Positions 10,875-21,242 of a DNA stretch of 62,784 nt are shown one piece after another (the first letter of the stretch is position 1; the number at the start of each line of letters is the position of its first letter). The DNA comes from Gammaproteobacteria bacterium (GTDB lineage: Bacteria > Pseudomonadota > Gammaproteobacteria > Magnimaribacterales > Magnimaribacteraceae), in contig PCBA01000046.1 of the NCBI GenBank assembly GCA_002730855.1, positions 1 through 62,784 on the forward strand, given 5' to 3'. A program made the translations under genes and the position numbers. The notes below the pieces were generated by a model. It was given only the letters and a program-made list of their open reading frames with translations. It had not been told where the DNA came from and did no database searches.

Positions 10875-11135
10875 ATGGATAACAGAAATAAAGAGTATTG
10901 GAATTCAAATCTCAAAATTATCTCTATGCTTTTGTTGGTGTGGTTTCTTGTTTCTTTTGGTTTCGGAATCTTATTCTCTGATTTTCTTGATCAATTTAAG
11001 ATAGGAGGCTTCAAGCTAGGCTTCTGGTTTGCCCAACAAGGAAGCATATATATTTTTGTTTTACTTATATTTATCTATGTTTTCTTAATGAAAAAATTAG
11101 ATGAAAAAGCAACTAAAAAAATAGATCCTGATTAA
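10875..11135 (+). CDS. DUF4212 small membrane subunit of a solute:sodium symporter
   Basis: 86 aa, two TM segments, YWNSNLK..GFKLGFWFAQQGSIY. Immediately precedes and abuts the SSS permease. Confidence 0.75.
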   Translation: MDNRNKEYWNSNLKIISMLLLVWFLVSFGFGILFSDFLDQFKIGGFKLGFWFAQQGSIYIFVLLIFIYVFLMKKLDEKATKKIDPD

Positions 11136-12886
11136 TGAGTGTTCAGCTATTAACTTATATCTTTGTAGGAATAACCTTTGCGCTTTATATAGGTATAGCC
11201 ATATGGTCTAAAGCTCAATCAACCAATGACTTTTATGTAGCAGGGAAAGGTGTGCACCCCATAGCTAATGGTATGGCAACTGCTGCTGATTGGATGTCAG
11301 CGGCCTCTTTTTTATCTATGGCAGGACTAATCGCGTTTCTGGGAAAGGACGGTTCGGTCTACCTCATGGGATGGACTGGGGGTTACGTACTCTTAGCCCT
11401 TTTGCTAGCACCTTATTTAAGAAAGTTTGGTAAATTTACGGTACCTGACTTTATAGGTGAAAGGTATTATTCTCAATTTGCTAGAAAGGTTGCTGTTCTA
11501 TGTTTAATCTTTATCTCCTTTACTTATATCGCTGGGCAAATGCGCGGTGTGGGAATTGTTTTTTCTAGGTTTCTAGAAGTTGATATAGACACTGGTGTAA
11601 TTGTAGGAATGGCCATAGTTTTCTTTTACGCCGTTTTGGGAGGAATGAAAGGAATAACCTATACTCAGGTAGCTCAATATTGTGTCCTTATATTTGCCTA
11701 CCTAGTTCCTGCAATATTTATTTCTATTCTTATGACTGGGAGCGCAATTCCTCAAGTAGGGTTTGGAAGTACTTTGGTGGATAGTTCGACTTTCCTGCTT
11801 GATAAACTAGATCAAGTTACCTTAGAACTAGGGTTTACCGAATATACAAAAAATACTAAGAGCACTATAGACATTTTTTGTATAACCGCTGCTTTGATGT
11901 TCGGGACAGCTGGCCTTCCTCATGTAATTGTTAGATTTTTTACTGTTCCGAATGTTGGTGATGCTAGAAAGTCTGCCGGTTATGCTCTCATATTTATAGC
12001 CCTCTTATATACAACTGCTCCGGCTGTATCGGCATTTGCAAGAATGAATCTGATTGACTCAATTCAAGATCAGAACTATACAACAGCACCTAAATGGTTC
12101 AAGAACTGGGAAGAAATAGGTCTAATTGCATGGAAAGATAAGAATAATGATGGCGCCATAAGATACTCTTCTGGTAATGCCCTAGAAGGAATAAAGCCTA
12201 GTTTTTCCGAAGGAACAGGTATCTATGGGGAGAGATTATTAGAAAATAAAACTGATCAGACTAACTCTAATGAAGTTTATATAGACAGAGATATTATTGT
12301 TCTTGCTAATCCAGAGATAGCTAAATTACCTGGATGGGTTATTGCGTTAGTAGCAGCAGGAGGTCTGGCTGCTGCTTTATCAACTGCCGCCGGCCTTCTA
12401 TTGGTTATATCCTCTTCCATCTCTCATGACCTTCTAAAAAAAACTTACATGCCACACATAACTGAAAAACAAGAGCTAAGGTACGCAAGACTTGCAGCAG
12501 CTGCTGCGATTGGTATAGCGGGTATATTTGGTATCTATCCCCCTGCTTTTGTTGCTCAAGTAGTAGCTTTTGCTTTTGGTTTAGCGGCTGCAACTTTCTT
12601 TCCTGCTTTATTTTTAGGAATCTTTTATAAAAGGCTCAATAAAGAAGGCGCCATAACGGGCATGCTAGGAGGTTTAATTTTTACAGCTACATATATTATT
12701 TATTTCAAGTTCATAAATCCAAGTCTTAATAGTGAGGATTATTGGCTAATGTCTATCTCTCCTGAAGGCATAGGCAGCATAGGCATGCTTGTTAATTTTG
12801 TCTTAGCCACGACAGTCTCAACCTTGACTAAGAAGCCGCCACAACAAGTATATGACATGGTAGACATGATAAGAAAACCTTCATGA
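11135..12886 (+). CDS. Sodium:solute symporter (SSS family, ActP/VC_2705-like)
   Basis: 583 aa polytopic protein with an SSS signature region (GMATAADWMSAASFLSMAG). Paired with the DUF4212 gene. Confidence 0.82.
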   Translation: MSVQLLTYIFVGITFALYIGIAIWSKAQSTNDFYVAGKGVHPIANGMATAADWMSAASFLSMAGLIAFLGKDGSVYLMGWTGGYVLLALLLAPYLRKFGKFTVPDFIGERYYSQFARKVAVLCLIFISFTYIAGQMRGVGIVFSRFLEVDIDTGVIVGMAIVFFYAVLGGMKGITYTQVAQYCVLIFAYLVPAIFISILMTGSAIPQVGFGSTLVDSSTFLLDKLDQVTLELGFTEYTKNTKSTIDIFCITAALMFGTAGLPHVIVRFFTVPNVGDARKSAGYALIFIALLYTTAPAVSAFARMNLIDSIQDQNYTTAPKWFKNWEEIGLIAWKDKNNDGAIRYSSGNALEGIKPSFSEGTGIYGERLLENKTDQTNSNEVYIDRDIIVLANPEIAKLPGWVIALVAAGGLAAALSTAAGLLLVISSSISHDLLKKTYMPHITEKQELRYARLAAAAAIGIAGIFGIYPPAFVAQVVAFAFGLAAATFFPALFLGIFYKRLNKEGAITGMLGGLIFTATYIIYFKFINPSLNSEDYWLMSISPEGIGSIGMLVNFVLATTVSTLTKKPPQQVYDMVDMIRKPS

Positions 12887-13674
12887 TCCTGCCTGAAATA
12901 GACCCTATAGCACTTCAGCTTGGGCCATTGGCCATAAGATGGTATAGCTTAACTTGGATCGGGGCTATTTCTTTAATCTATTATTTGATGATTAAAAGAT
13001 CAAACTCTCTTTCATCAGACCAGGTAAGCGACTTAATATTCTATGGCGTTATTGGGGCTATCATTGGAGGAAGGCTGGGTTACATGTTTTTCTATTCCTT
13101 AGGACAAGTGATTGCTGATCCACTTTCTATTTTTCGAGTATGGGAAGGAGGTTTATCTTTCCATGGAGGTCTAATAGGAGTATTAATTTCTACCCTTCTG
13201 TTAGCTAAGAGATGGAGAATTAAGTACTTTTGGTTAATGGACCGCATAGCTCCCTGCATTCCACCGGGACTAGGTACAGTAAGGGTAGGTAACTTTTTAA
13301 ATTCTGAGTTATTAGGTAGGCCCACAAATTCTACCTGGGGAGTAATTTTCCCTTCGGACTCTTTAAGTGTCTTAAGACATCCTTCACAACTTTATCAAGC
13401 CTTAGCTGAGGGAGTTCTTCTATTTGTATTTCTACTCTGGATATCAAGAAAGCCAAAACCTACCATGAATATCTCTGGTTACTTCTTAATTGGTTATGGT
13501 GTTTTAAGGTTTTGTACAGAGTTTTATAGGACTCCAGACGGACACATAGGACTTGTTGCTTTTGACCTTTTTACAAGGGGGCAAATGCTTTGCTTACCAA
13601 TGATAGTAATAGGCCTATATCTAATTTATTATTCACATTTAAAGAATGGTTCTGAAAATGAAACAATATCTTGA
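12883..13674 (+). CDS. lgt: Prolipoprotein diacylglyceryl transferase
   Basis: [32 protein letters not shown] are hallmark Lgt motifs. lgt-thyA synteny. Confidence 0.9.
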   Translation: MILPEIDPIALQLGPLAIRWYSLTWIGAISLIYYLMIKRSNSLSSDQVSDLIFYGVIGAIIGGRLGYMFFYSLGQVIADPLSIFRVWEGGLSFHGGLIGVLISTLLLAKRWRIKYFWLMDRIAPCIPPGLGTVRVGNFLNSELLGRPTNSTWGVIFPSDSLSVLRHPSQLYQALAEGVLLFVFLLWISRKPKPTMNISGYFLIGYGVLRFCTEFYRTPDGHIGLVAFDLFTRGQMLCLPMIVIGLYLIYYSHLKNGSENETIS

Positions 13675-14560
13675 TTTACTTCAGTTAATAAAAGAAACGG
13701 GAACAAAAAAAGAAGATAGAACCGGAACCGGAACTATCAGTATATTCGGTCATCAAATGAGATTTGATCTAAATGATGGTTTTCCTCTAATGACTACTAA
13801 AAAGGTTAATCTTGATTCAATCATCCATGAGCTATTGTGGTTTATAAAAGGAGATACAAACATAAGATATCTAGTAAAAAATAGAGTAAATATCTGGAAC
13901 GATTGGCCCTTCCAAAGCTGGCTAAACCGAACCAATCAAGCAGATGATTGCCCTATGCATTCATCTGAATGGAAAGAAATGATGCAAGTTTTTGTAGAAA
14001 AAATTATTTCTGAAGATGATTTTGCAGAGAAATATGGAGATCTAGGTCCAGTTTATGGAAAACAATGGAGAAACTTTGAAGGTGTTGATCAATTAGAGCA
14101 AGTAGTTGCAGATATTAAAAGTAATCCTAATTCAAGAAGATTAATAGTATCGGCCTGGAACCCTAAAGAAATTCCCATAATGGTTAAATCCGGATTACCG
14201 CCTTGTCATACCCTCTTTCAATTTTATGTGAGCGATGGCAAGCTTTCTTGTCAGCTCTATCAAAGGAGTGCTGATGTGTTTCTTGGGGTGCCTTATAATA
14301 TAGCATCTTACTCACTTTTAACTTTAATGATTGCAAGGGTGACTGGCCTAGAGCCAGGGGAATTTGTACACTCATTTGGAGATACGCATATATACGTAAA
14401 TCACCTAGAACAAGTAGAGAAGCAATTGAAAAGAGATCCTCGCTCCTTACCAAAGCTTACTATTCAAAATAAAGCTAGCTTGTTCGAATTTGATATAAAT
14501 GACTTTAAGTTGACTAATTATGACCCTCACCCTTTTATAGCGGCTCCGATAGCAATTTAA
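13658..14560 (+). CDS. thyA: Thymidylate synthase ThyA (long form with small-domain insert)
   Basis: [56 protein letters not shown] are the catalytic ThyA motifs. The ATG at 13658 gives the canonical MKQYL N-terminus; the ORF track offers 13646. Confidence 0.93.
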   Translation: MKQYLDLLQLIKETGTKKEDRTGTGTISIFGHQMRFDLNDGFPLMTTKKVNLDSIIHELLWFIKGDTNIRYLVKNRVNIWNDWPFQSWLNRTNQADDCPMHSSEWKEMMQVFVEKIISEDDFAEKYGDLGPVYGKQWRNFEGVDQLEQVVADIKSNPNSRRLIVSAWNPKEIPIMVKSGLPPCHTLFQFYVSDGKLSCQLYQRSADVFLGVPYNIASYSLLTLMIARVTGLEPGEFVHSFGDTHIYVNHLEQVEKQLKRDPRSLPKLTIQNKASLFEFDINDFKLTNYDPHPFIAAPIAI

Positions 14561-14561
14561 A

Positions 14562-15041
14562 ATGGATATATTTCTGATAGCAGCTGTTGATAAAAATTTA
14601 GCGATTGGGAAAAATGGAAAGATTCCCTGGGACATAAAGGAAGACCTTCTGTACTTTCAGAAGAACACCTTAAACACAGCTATGATTATGGGAAGGTCTA
14701 CGTTTGACTCGATAGGAAGACCCCTACCGGATAGACAAAATATAGTTATGACTAAGAATCCTATAAATAGAGCTGGCGTAAAGGAAGTAACTACCAAAGC
14801 AAAAGCCTTAGAAGAAGCCAGAAAAGTCTCTGATAAAATTAGCATCATAGGGGGGGAGAGTATTTATAGAGAATTTATGCCTTTAGCGAATAGACTTCTA
14901 ATCACTGAAATTGAAATTGTTATCCGAGAAGCTGATACATATTTCCCCTCTTGGTGTAAAGAGGAATGGAAGGAAAAGAGCAGGGTCCAAAGTAAGGAAA
15001 GCGGTATTAGTTATTCTTTCGTAGAGTATTGTAGAAATTAG
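14562..15041 (+). CDS. folA: Dihydrofolate reductase
   Basis: 159 aa. IAAVDKNLAIGKNGKIPW..MGRSTFDSIGRPLPDRQNIV is the DHFR signature. Confidence 0.9.
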   Translation: MDIFLIAAVDKNLAIGKNGKIPWDIKEDLLYFQKNTLNTAMIMGRSTFDSIGRPLPDRQNIVMTKNPINRAGVKEVTTKAKALEEARKVSDKISIIGGESIYREFMPLANRLLITEIEIVIREADTYFPSWCKEEWKEKSRVQSKESGISYSFVEYCRN

Positions 15042-16501
15042 ACCCCTAAAGCCTTTCTTTTAAGCTTTAAGGCTTCAACTCTCTCTTCTTCACCTTCTGT
15101 ATAGGTTACCCATTTTCTTGCTTGATCTTGTACTTTCTTTTTCTTAGCTTTTTGCTTTTTCTTCTTATCATCATATTGTCTTTCGGCCACATCAATACAC
15201 TTCCTAAACGAAGAAATAGCAGACTCCCATCTTTGGTTTTCAAAATTTATCTGACCTAGAAGCATATAAGCCGCAGCTTCATCTTTTAATTTACCCTTTT
15301 TAATGCCGGATTTAATTGCCTCTTCCGCTTGGTTGAATTCATCTAAGCTAAAATGAACCTGCCCTAAAAATATAAACAGCTCACCCTCTTTTGAAGCATT
15401 GGCTGCCTGTTTGTAATAAGGTTTTGCCCTTTTTAATTCCCTGGATGCATGCCAATACTGTGCCGCCGCTTTTAAAGTTTTTTCTTCTTTTTTAACTATT
15501 CCTTGTCGCATACCATCTTCAATAACTTTGGCAGCTTTTCTAGGGTTCTCAAACATAAAAAGAAGCTGTGAAAGGGCTGTGAATTCTCTTGATTTATCTA
15601 GCAGCCTGTCATTGTAAGCTGCTTCTAAAGCACCCATTTGATCCAATTGCCTATCTTCCTGACCATACAACGCAGATAATTGTGTCCAATACCTTTTTCT
15701 AGGATAGTGTTGTACTAAGATCTCATATATTGGGAGAACAGCAAGGTCTTGTTTTAGTTCAGTGTAAAGAGCCATTTTTAATAAGTAGTGATTCTCTTTT
15801 GCAACCCCTTTTCTAGTCTCACCCGTTTCTACCATTTCACCAGTTTCATTCCCTTCCTCGTCTAAAAGAGGAACTTTTATGGGGATGTCTTGAGACTCTT
15901 GCATCTCTATAGCGATATCAATATATTTTTGTGCATTAATAAACTCTTCAAGCTGATAGTAGGTTGTTGATAATAGGCCATAAGCGTCAGAACTAGGGAC
16001 CTCTTCTAATTCTAGCCATTCCAACAAATAATTAACCGCACCCCTGTAATCTTCTCTTATATAGGCTAACTGGGATAAGGAGTAAAGGGATCCTAATCGC
16101 TCTTGATCGTTAGAATCTGGTTCCGCAATAAGCCTTTTATAAGCTGCTTCAGCTTTGGCGTATTCTTCATTAGAAAAATAAATATACCCTTGGTAATAAT
16201 ACATCTTCGCTCTATCCGTACCAGTAAATTTAGAATCTGGGGCCGCGATAGGTGTTAAAGCCAACAAAGCTGCATCCCATTGCTCTGCTTCCAATAAAGG
16301 CTGTAAGGCTTGTAATATTTTTTGTGCTTTTTTACTAGGTAACTTCGTTCTTCTTCTTTTCTTCTTTTTCTTTTGGTCATCGTCTGCAGCTTGTAAGGAG
16401 CTTCCTTTATAGTCCACTGAAACAACATCGACAACTACAGGCAACAAGCTTAAAACTGCTGAGATAAGAAGAACTTTTATTGGCAGGCTTATACTTTTCA
16501 T
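15038..16501 (-). CDS. TPR-repeat protein, last gene of the TonB2-type cluster (TtpD-like)
   Basis: Signal peptide, repeated TPR-like helices, Lys/Arg-rich patches at both ends. Sits directly after tonB, as in Vibrio TonB2 loci. Confidence 0.7.
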   Translation of the reverse strand: MKSISLPIKVLLISAVLSLLPVVVDVVSVDYKGSSLQAADDDQKKKKKRRRTKLPSKKAQKILQALQPLLEAEQWDAALLALTPIAAPDSKFTGTDRAKMYYYQGYIYFSNEEYAKAEAAYKRLIAEPDSNDQERLGSLYSLSQLAYIREDYRGAVNYLLEWLELEEVPSSDAYGLLSTTYYQLEEFINAQKYIDIAIEMQESQDIPIKVPLLDEEGNETGEMVETGETRKGVAKENHYLLKMALYTELKQDLAVLPIYEILVQHYPRKRYWTQLSALYGQEDRQLDQMGALEAAYNDRLLDKSREFTALSQLLFMFENPRKAAKVIEDGMRQGIVKKEEKTLKAAAQYWHASRELKRAKPYYKQAANASKEGELFIFLGQVHFSLDEFNQAEEAIKSGIKKGKLKDEAAAYMLLGQINFENQRWESAISSFRKCIDVAERQYDDKKKKQKAKKKKVQDQARKWVTYTEGEEERVEALKLKRKALGV

Positions 16502-16510
16502 GTCAAAAAT

Positions 16511-17152
16511 TTAATCACACCCCTCTGGAACATAATCTACTGGCTTGCTTGGGTCTTCAATCTTAAAAATTACCACCGTCCTAACGTTTGGAACCTCTAT
16601 TGCCTGACCATCCCTTATTTGCGGTTTGTATTTGTATTTTAACGCAGATCTCATAGCGGCCCTATCAAATATTCCAGGAGGAATTGACCACTCTACCATC
16701 GGATCTCTTGTCGACCCTACTTTTGTAACAGTAAATTTGAGCATTACGCAGCCTTCAATATTTCTTTCTAAAGCACGTCTAGGATAAACTGGAGGTACTT
16801 GGAAAATTGGAACATAAGACCCGTCCGCAAAAACACCTGCCTTTTTTCCTTTAAAACTAAGGTTTGGTCTAGCAGCCGATGAATCAAGATCTGCCGGAGG
16901 TGTCATATCAAATTCTGGTGGCATAGTCTCTGGAGGCGGCTCTTCTTCTTGTGGCCTTTCCATATCCATTAGCAGTTCGAGTTCTCTTTCAGGCATTGTC
17001 ACATCGGCTATCTTGATAGATTTGTCATTTAACTCTACATCTCCAACATCTATTAACCATTGCATTATGTAAAATATAAGAACAGTCAGTAGCAATGAAG
17101 CCGTTAGGGTTGTCCCTAACATTTTTAAGTTTTGCTCTCCTAAGAATCCCAT
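16511..17152 (-). CDS. tonB: Energy transducer TonB
   Basis: N-terminal TM segment, Pro-rich spacer (PQEEEPPPETMPPEFDMTPP), and a C-terminal TonB domain (PVYPRRALERNIEGCVMLKFTV). Confidence 0.88.
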   Translation of the reverse strand: MGFLGEQNLKMLGTTLTASLLLTVLIFYIMQWLIDVGDVELNDKSIKIADVTMPERELELLMDMERPQEEEPPPETMPPEFDMTPPADLDSSAARPNLSFKGKKAGVFADGSYVPIFQVPPVYPRRALERNIEGCVMLKFTVTKVGSTRDPMVEWSIPPGIFDRAAMRSALKYKYKPQIRDGQAIEVPNVRTVVIFKIEDPSKPVDYVPEGCD

Positions 17153-17160
17153 TTCTTAAT

Positions 17161-17571
17161 TTAAAACTTTGGTTCTGAGGCTAAAGAAATAGCATATACG
17201 CCAGCTTCTCTAGATTGATCCATGACTTGAATAATTGCATCTGCTTGGGCCTTCTCATCAGCCTGTATAACAACAGAGCCTTGCGGGTTGTCAGCTAAGA
17301 GCTTAGTTATATTTGCTTTTACTTGCCTTACATCCACTCTTCTTCCGTCAATCCAAATATCGTTTGTAGCACCTATAGCAATTAGTATGGCTGCATTCTC
17401 CTGAATATTAGAAGTTTCAGCATCAGGTCTGTTTACCTCTAGTCCTGGTTCCTTGATAAAGTTAGCTGTAACGATAAAGAAAATTAGAAGGATGAATACA
17501 ACATCTAACATAGGAGTTAAATTAATATCTTCTTCTTCTGCTACTGCACTACTGATTGGTGATCTTCTCAT
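17161..17571 (-). CDS. exbD: Biopolymer transport protein ExbD/TolR
   Basis: 136 aa. INLTPMLDVVFILLIFFIV is a single TM segment with the conserved Asp, followed by a periplasmic domain. Confidence 0.88.
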   Translation of the reverse strand: MRRSPISSAVAEEEDINLTPMLDVVFILLIFFIVTANFIKEPGLEVNRPDAETSNIQENAAILIAIGATNDIWIDGRRVDVRQVKANITKLLADNPQGSVVIQADEKAQADAIIQVMDQSREAGVYAISLASEPKF

Positions 17572-17583
17572 ATTTTATTCTCC

Positions 17584-18108
17584 TTATTCCGCCACTAGAT
17601 GGTCCACTAAAAGATCTTTCTCTCTTTGAGCTCTATTAACAAGATATTGATTAGCAAATGTTCCTGTCAAAGCTACTGCAAGACCTGCCATTGCTGGTAT
17701 AGTGGATCTTGAAACACCGCCTGCCATTGCTTTAGCGTCGCCTCCTCCAGTCACAGCAAGCAAATGAAAGACTTCTATCATTCCAGTAATTGTTCCAAAT
17801 AAACCAAATAAAGGAGCTATTCCTACACACATCTTTATTAAGTCCAAGTTCTGATCAATTCTATTAGTATTCTCAGAAATAAGCATGTCTCTTATCGCTA
17901 CTGAATTCCAAGAGAGCTTATCTTGCCTGCCCTCCCATTGTGATACTGCTTGATTTATATGGCTTCCATGTGTAAAAAAATAAAACCAAAGCCTCTCAAA
18001 GATCAAGAACCACATTAAAAATGCTAAGAGCCCTATGAGATAGAGAGTGTCTCCACCTCTTTGCATAAATGCAAATAAGGCATCAGAAGCATCGTAGAAA
18101 AAAAACAT
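17584..18108 (-). CDS. exbB: MotA/TolQ/ExbB proton-channel protein
   Basis: 174 aa, 3 TM segments. APLFGLFGTITGMIEVF is the ExbB signature. Confidence 0.88.
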   Translation of the reverse strand: MFFFYDASDALFAFMQRGGDTLYLIGLLAFLMWFLIFERLWFYFFTHGSHINQAVSQWEGRQDKLSWNSVAIRDMLISENTNRIDQNLDLIKMCVGIAPLFGLFGTITGMIEVFHLLAVTGGGDAKAMAGGVSRSTIPAMAGLAVALTGTFANQYLVNRAQREKDLLVDHLVAE

Positions 18109-18127
18109 ATATTATTTCTTTTTCTTG

Positions 18128-19519
18128 TTAAGCCTTACTTTCAGAACGTTTAGCCGCCATACCAGTGCTCGACTCTTCTATGGTACCAAGTATACCCTTA
18201 GAAAAATTGTTAACTGTGGCATACATAAATGTTGTTGGTATAGCAACCATTAAGCCCAACCAAGTAGTTACAAGGGCGACTGAAATACCGCTTGCCATTG
18301 TTTTTGGATCTCCAGTTCCAAAGAGAGTAATCATTGTAAAGGTCTCTATCATACCGATGATTGTTCCAAATAGTCCCATTAAAGGAGCTACAACTGAAAC
18401 TATCTTCAATACCCAGTTTAGTCCTTCGATAGTTGGTCTCTCCTTCAAAATCTGCTCTGCCATCTTGAGCTCTAGAGTCTCTGTATCGGCCTTAGAATCA
18501 TCTTCTGCAATCTTTAAGATCCTACCTAAAGCATTATCTTCAGATAAAGTATCGGACTCAGCTTGAGCTCGAACTCCTGCCCTCATGCCCCACAGTTCAT
18601 AGAACCTCCAAAAGAATAAAAGTGTTGCGAGCACTCCTATTACCATAATTATGGTTCCTACAGGGCCCCCTAGATTCATTCTTTCTAGGGTGCTTGGCAT
18701 AGATATTAAGCTCGCCAGCAAAGATCCGCCTTGTGGTCCTGTTGGATCTACAGCAAATTGGATTGGGAATGAGTCTGCAGATAATATTTCTGATGTTGAA
18801 GAGGTATACCTTCCAGCAGGCTGTGAAGGCAATTCAGAATACATTCCTCTTGAAGGTGAATAGCTTAAATACTGGCCATCAGAAACTACATTAAAATTAC
18901 CAACTCTCACTACGTCTCTATTCTCAACATTGCCGTCTGTCGTTATTACTTCCGTATTAAACTTAACAACTTCTCCAGAAGCATTTATTTCTCTTTGAAG
19001 TTCATACCAAAGGGTTTCTAGCTCCTCTATGGAAGCAAGTTTAATCCCTTCGTTCATCTTAGAGCCTAATGTTGTCATGAAAGTTTCTCTGTCCTTACCG
19101 AACTGTGCAGCCGTAAGTGACTGTTCCATGATATTCCTAGCTTCCGTAGTATTTCCGGCTAGGTGACCGAATATCTCATTAAGAGAACCTAGTCTTTCTC
19201 TTAATTGCTCTTCAGCAACCACCAACAAGGCTTCATTAGCTTCAAATTTTTGCTCTAACCTAGCAGCCTCTCTTTCTAATCTTGCCCTCTCGTCCTTAGC
19301 ATCTTTAAGCAGTTTGGCTTGTTTGTTTTTCTCATTCCTAAAGCGCGCTTCTCTTTGTCTTTGCTCTCTGGTGTCTGCATATTGACCTTGTCTTACTACC
19401 TCAAGAAGTTCTTGCGGGTTAGAAGGAACGACAGCAGCCTCTTCTGATTCCTCAGAAACAACTAAATTTGAAGAAATGCCAAAGGCCAACAGCAATAATA
19501 ATAATCTTATATTTTTCAT
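18128..19519 (-). CDS. Large MotA/TolQ/ExbB-family protein with a long periplasmic coiled-coil N-domain (TtpC-like)
   Basis: 463 aa. Signal peptide, coiled-coil region, and a C-terminal APLMGLFGTIIGMIETF channel motif. Confidence 0.8.
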   Translation of the reverse strand: MKNIRLLLLLLAFGISSNLVVSEESEEAAVVPSNPQELLEVVRQGQYADTREQRQREARFRNEKNKQAKLLKDAKDERARLEREAARLEQKFEANEALLVVAEEQLRERLGSLNEIFGHLAGNTTEARNIMEQSLTAAQFGKDRETFMTTLGSKMNEGIKLASIEELETLWYELQREINASGEVVKFNTEVITTDGNVENRDVVRVGNFNVVSDGQYLSYSPSRGMYSELPSQPAGRYTSSTSEILSADSFPIQFAVDPTGPQGGSLLASLISMPSTLERMNLGGPVGTIIMVIGVLATLLFFWRFYELWGMRAGVRAQAESDTLSEDNALGRILKIAEDDSKADTETLELKMAEQILKERPTIEGLNWVLKIVSVVAPLMGLFGTIIGMIETFTMITLFGTGDPKTMASGISVALVTTWLGLMVAIPTTFMYATVNNFSKGILGTIEESSTGMAAKRSESKA

Positions 19520-19520
19520 C

Positions 19521-20285
19521 TTAGTTTACCTCCGTCGCTGCAGGTAACGGCAATTCCATTAAATCCACAGTTGCTAATTTATTAGCTATTCTTAAACCTT
19601 TTCTAGTTGGGTTTCTATAACTGTTGTCTAATTCTTCCCATGATCTTGTAGTATTATTCCATGCATGAGTTTGAGCTTCATCAGCTGTTTGGAATACCAT
19701 TGCCAGCCTACCTACTCTTAAGATATTTCCCTCTCTAAGCTCACCATTAATCATAATACTGTCTTTGTAAGCATCAATCTTTCTCCCGTATTCAGCCTCT
19801 ACGTTAAAAGCTTCAAGAACCTGCCTTAAACCTTCTGCTGGAGACACAGTAGGATTGTCCAGAGCAGCTTTCGCAAAAGCCATTCTTTCTTTTCTTTCAG
19901 CTAAATGGAAAGGCAGATCTAGCTCAATAGATCTTTCCACGCCAGAAAGCATTCTTCTTGTAAAAGGAGGTATTTGCCTTTGCATGACCTGAGCTTCCTT
20001 CATGGTCTTATCAATTTCCTTAAGACGTTCTTCCTGTCTTTGGATTTGCTGTCTCATCTGAGCGTTATATACCCTTAAACCCTCTATCTGTTTACTGACG
20101 GTTTTATATTCACTCACGATCTGAGAGGTATCATCATCCATTTGATCTATCTTCATTTGGGATGTCTTTTCAGCTGCTTGCCTTTCTTCCCCTACATCTA
20201 AAAGAGGTTGGATTTGATCACCGTATACAAATGCAGTATTAAACAATACTGCGGAGAGGAAAATAATTTTACAAAGACGCTCCAT
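19521..20285 (-). CDS. DUF3450-type periplasmic coiled-coil protein (TtpB-like), first gene of the TonB2-type cluster
   Basis: 254 aa with a signal peptide and coiled coil. AGGAG lies 7 nt upstream of the ATG, and there is a 1-nt gap to the next gene. Confidence 0.7.
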   Translation of the reverse strand: MERLCKIIFLSAVLFNTAFVYGDQIQPLLDVGEERQAAEKTSQMKIDQMDDDTSQIVSEYKTVSKQIEGLRVYNAQMRQQIQRQEERLKEIDKTMKEAQVMQRQIPPFTRRMLSGVERSIELDLPFHLAERKERMAFAKAALDNPTVSPAEGLRQVLEAFNVEAEYGRKIDAYKDSIMINGELREGNILRVGRLAMVFQTADEAQTHAWNNTTRSWEELDNSYRNPTRKGLRIANKLATVDLMELPLPAATEVN

Positions 20286-20456
20286 AGCGTATCTCCTATT
20301 TACTTATATAAATTCTCTAATTCAATTCGCAAATCAGTCAAAACATAAAGAATTTTTAACTCTAAATTCACTATCCCCATTGCGAAAGGTTAAACTATAG
20401 AGAGAAATAAGTATCAATGCAAATGCAAAATATAGTTAATTTAATAGGCCTTTCTT

Positions 20457-21242
20457 ATGTCAATCTTTGAATTTTTTGTTGCAATAATATTTCTTAATTA
20501 TATAAGTCTTATATTATTGATAATAATCAGTATTAGAGAGAAGAGTCCCAGGCTTTTCTTAAAATATTTCTTTGGTTCAGTTATAGTAATTACCTGGTCT
20601 GCCATGATAATTCAACAGACAGCTGAGGTTTCTTATATATCAAACAGACAAATATTATGTAATTTATTAATTTCTATTTGGGGCATAAAAGCAATTTATC
20701 TGAATAAATACCTAAAAATTGCTTTATTTTCAGGTTTTCTTGAAGAAGTAAAGGATAATATCCTAGATAAAAATTATTTAAACATTCTTTTTTCGGCTTT
20801 TAAATTGTCTCTCATACAAATTTTGTGCTTCAGTTCTATAATTTCACTAAATTTTATATCTGCTTCTTCTGGGCTTACTTTATTAGATGCATTTGCCCTA
20901 ATAGTTTGTGTCCTGGGTTTAACTATAGAGCTTAAATCACTCTCTTCGCTTCAATCTCATCTAAAAAAGGCTTTTCCTGCTAAAGCGTCTCTACTCAAAG
21001 AGGGATTATGGAAGTTTTCAAGACACCCACATTATTTAGGGCAATTATTATTCTTCTTGGGTCTTTTCTTCTTTGGCCTAGGAACTGTTAACGGCTTAGC
21101 GGGGCTAGTTGCTTTAATTGCAGTTTGCTATCTTTTTCATGTGATAATTATTCCTGAAAATGAGAAAAAAATGAGTAATAAATTTGATAACTACCACCAA
21201 TATACCCAAAGTACATATAGAACTTTTACAAAAAGGATATGA
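20457..21242 (+). CDS. DUF1295/steroid-5-alpha-reductase-like membrane protein
   Basis: Polytopic membrane protein. C-terminal WKFSRHPHYLGQLLFFLG is typical of the DUF1295/ICMT-like fold. Confidence 0.6.
   Translation: MSIFEFFVAIIFLNYISLILLIIISIREKSPRLFLKYFFGSVIVITWSAMIIQQTAEVSYISNRQILCNLLISIWGIKAIYLNKYLKIALFSGFLEEVKDNILDKNYLNILFSAFKLSLIQILCFSSIISLNFISASSGLTLLDAFALIVCVLGLTIELKSLSSLQSHLKKAFPAKASLLKEGLWKFSRHPHYLGQLLFFLGLFFFGLGTVNGLAGLVALIAVCYLFHVIIIPENEKKMSNKFDNYHQYTQSTYRTFTKRI

Noticed and set aside
18165-18566. Other long shadow ORFs: 18165-18566, 18651-18863, 35964-36383, 10070-10399, 56584-56937, 51421-51750, and the numerous 60-90-aa ORFs in the track
   Set aside because: Each is fully nested antisense or out of frame within a gene that has strong family motifs. 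None has an SD or recognisable motifs.
20286-20456. Fur box upstream of the TonB2-type operon
   Set aside because: The best hand alignment (around GCATTGATACTTATTTC on the minus strand) reaches only about 11/19 against GATAATGATAATCATTATC. That is too weak to call without a matrix score.
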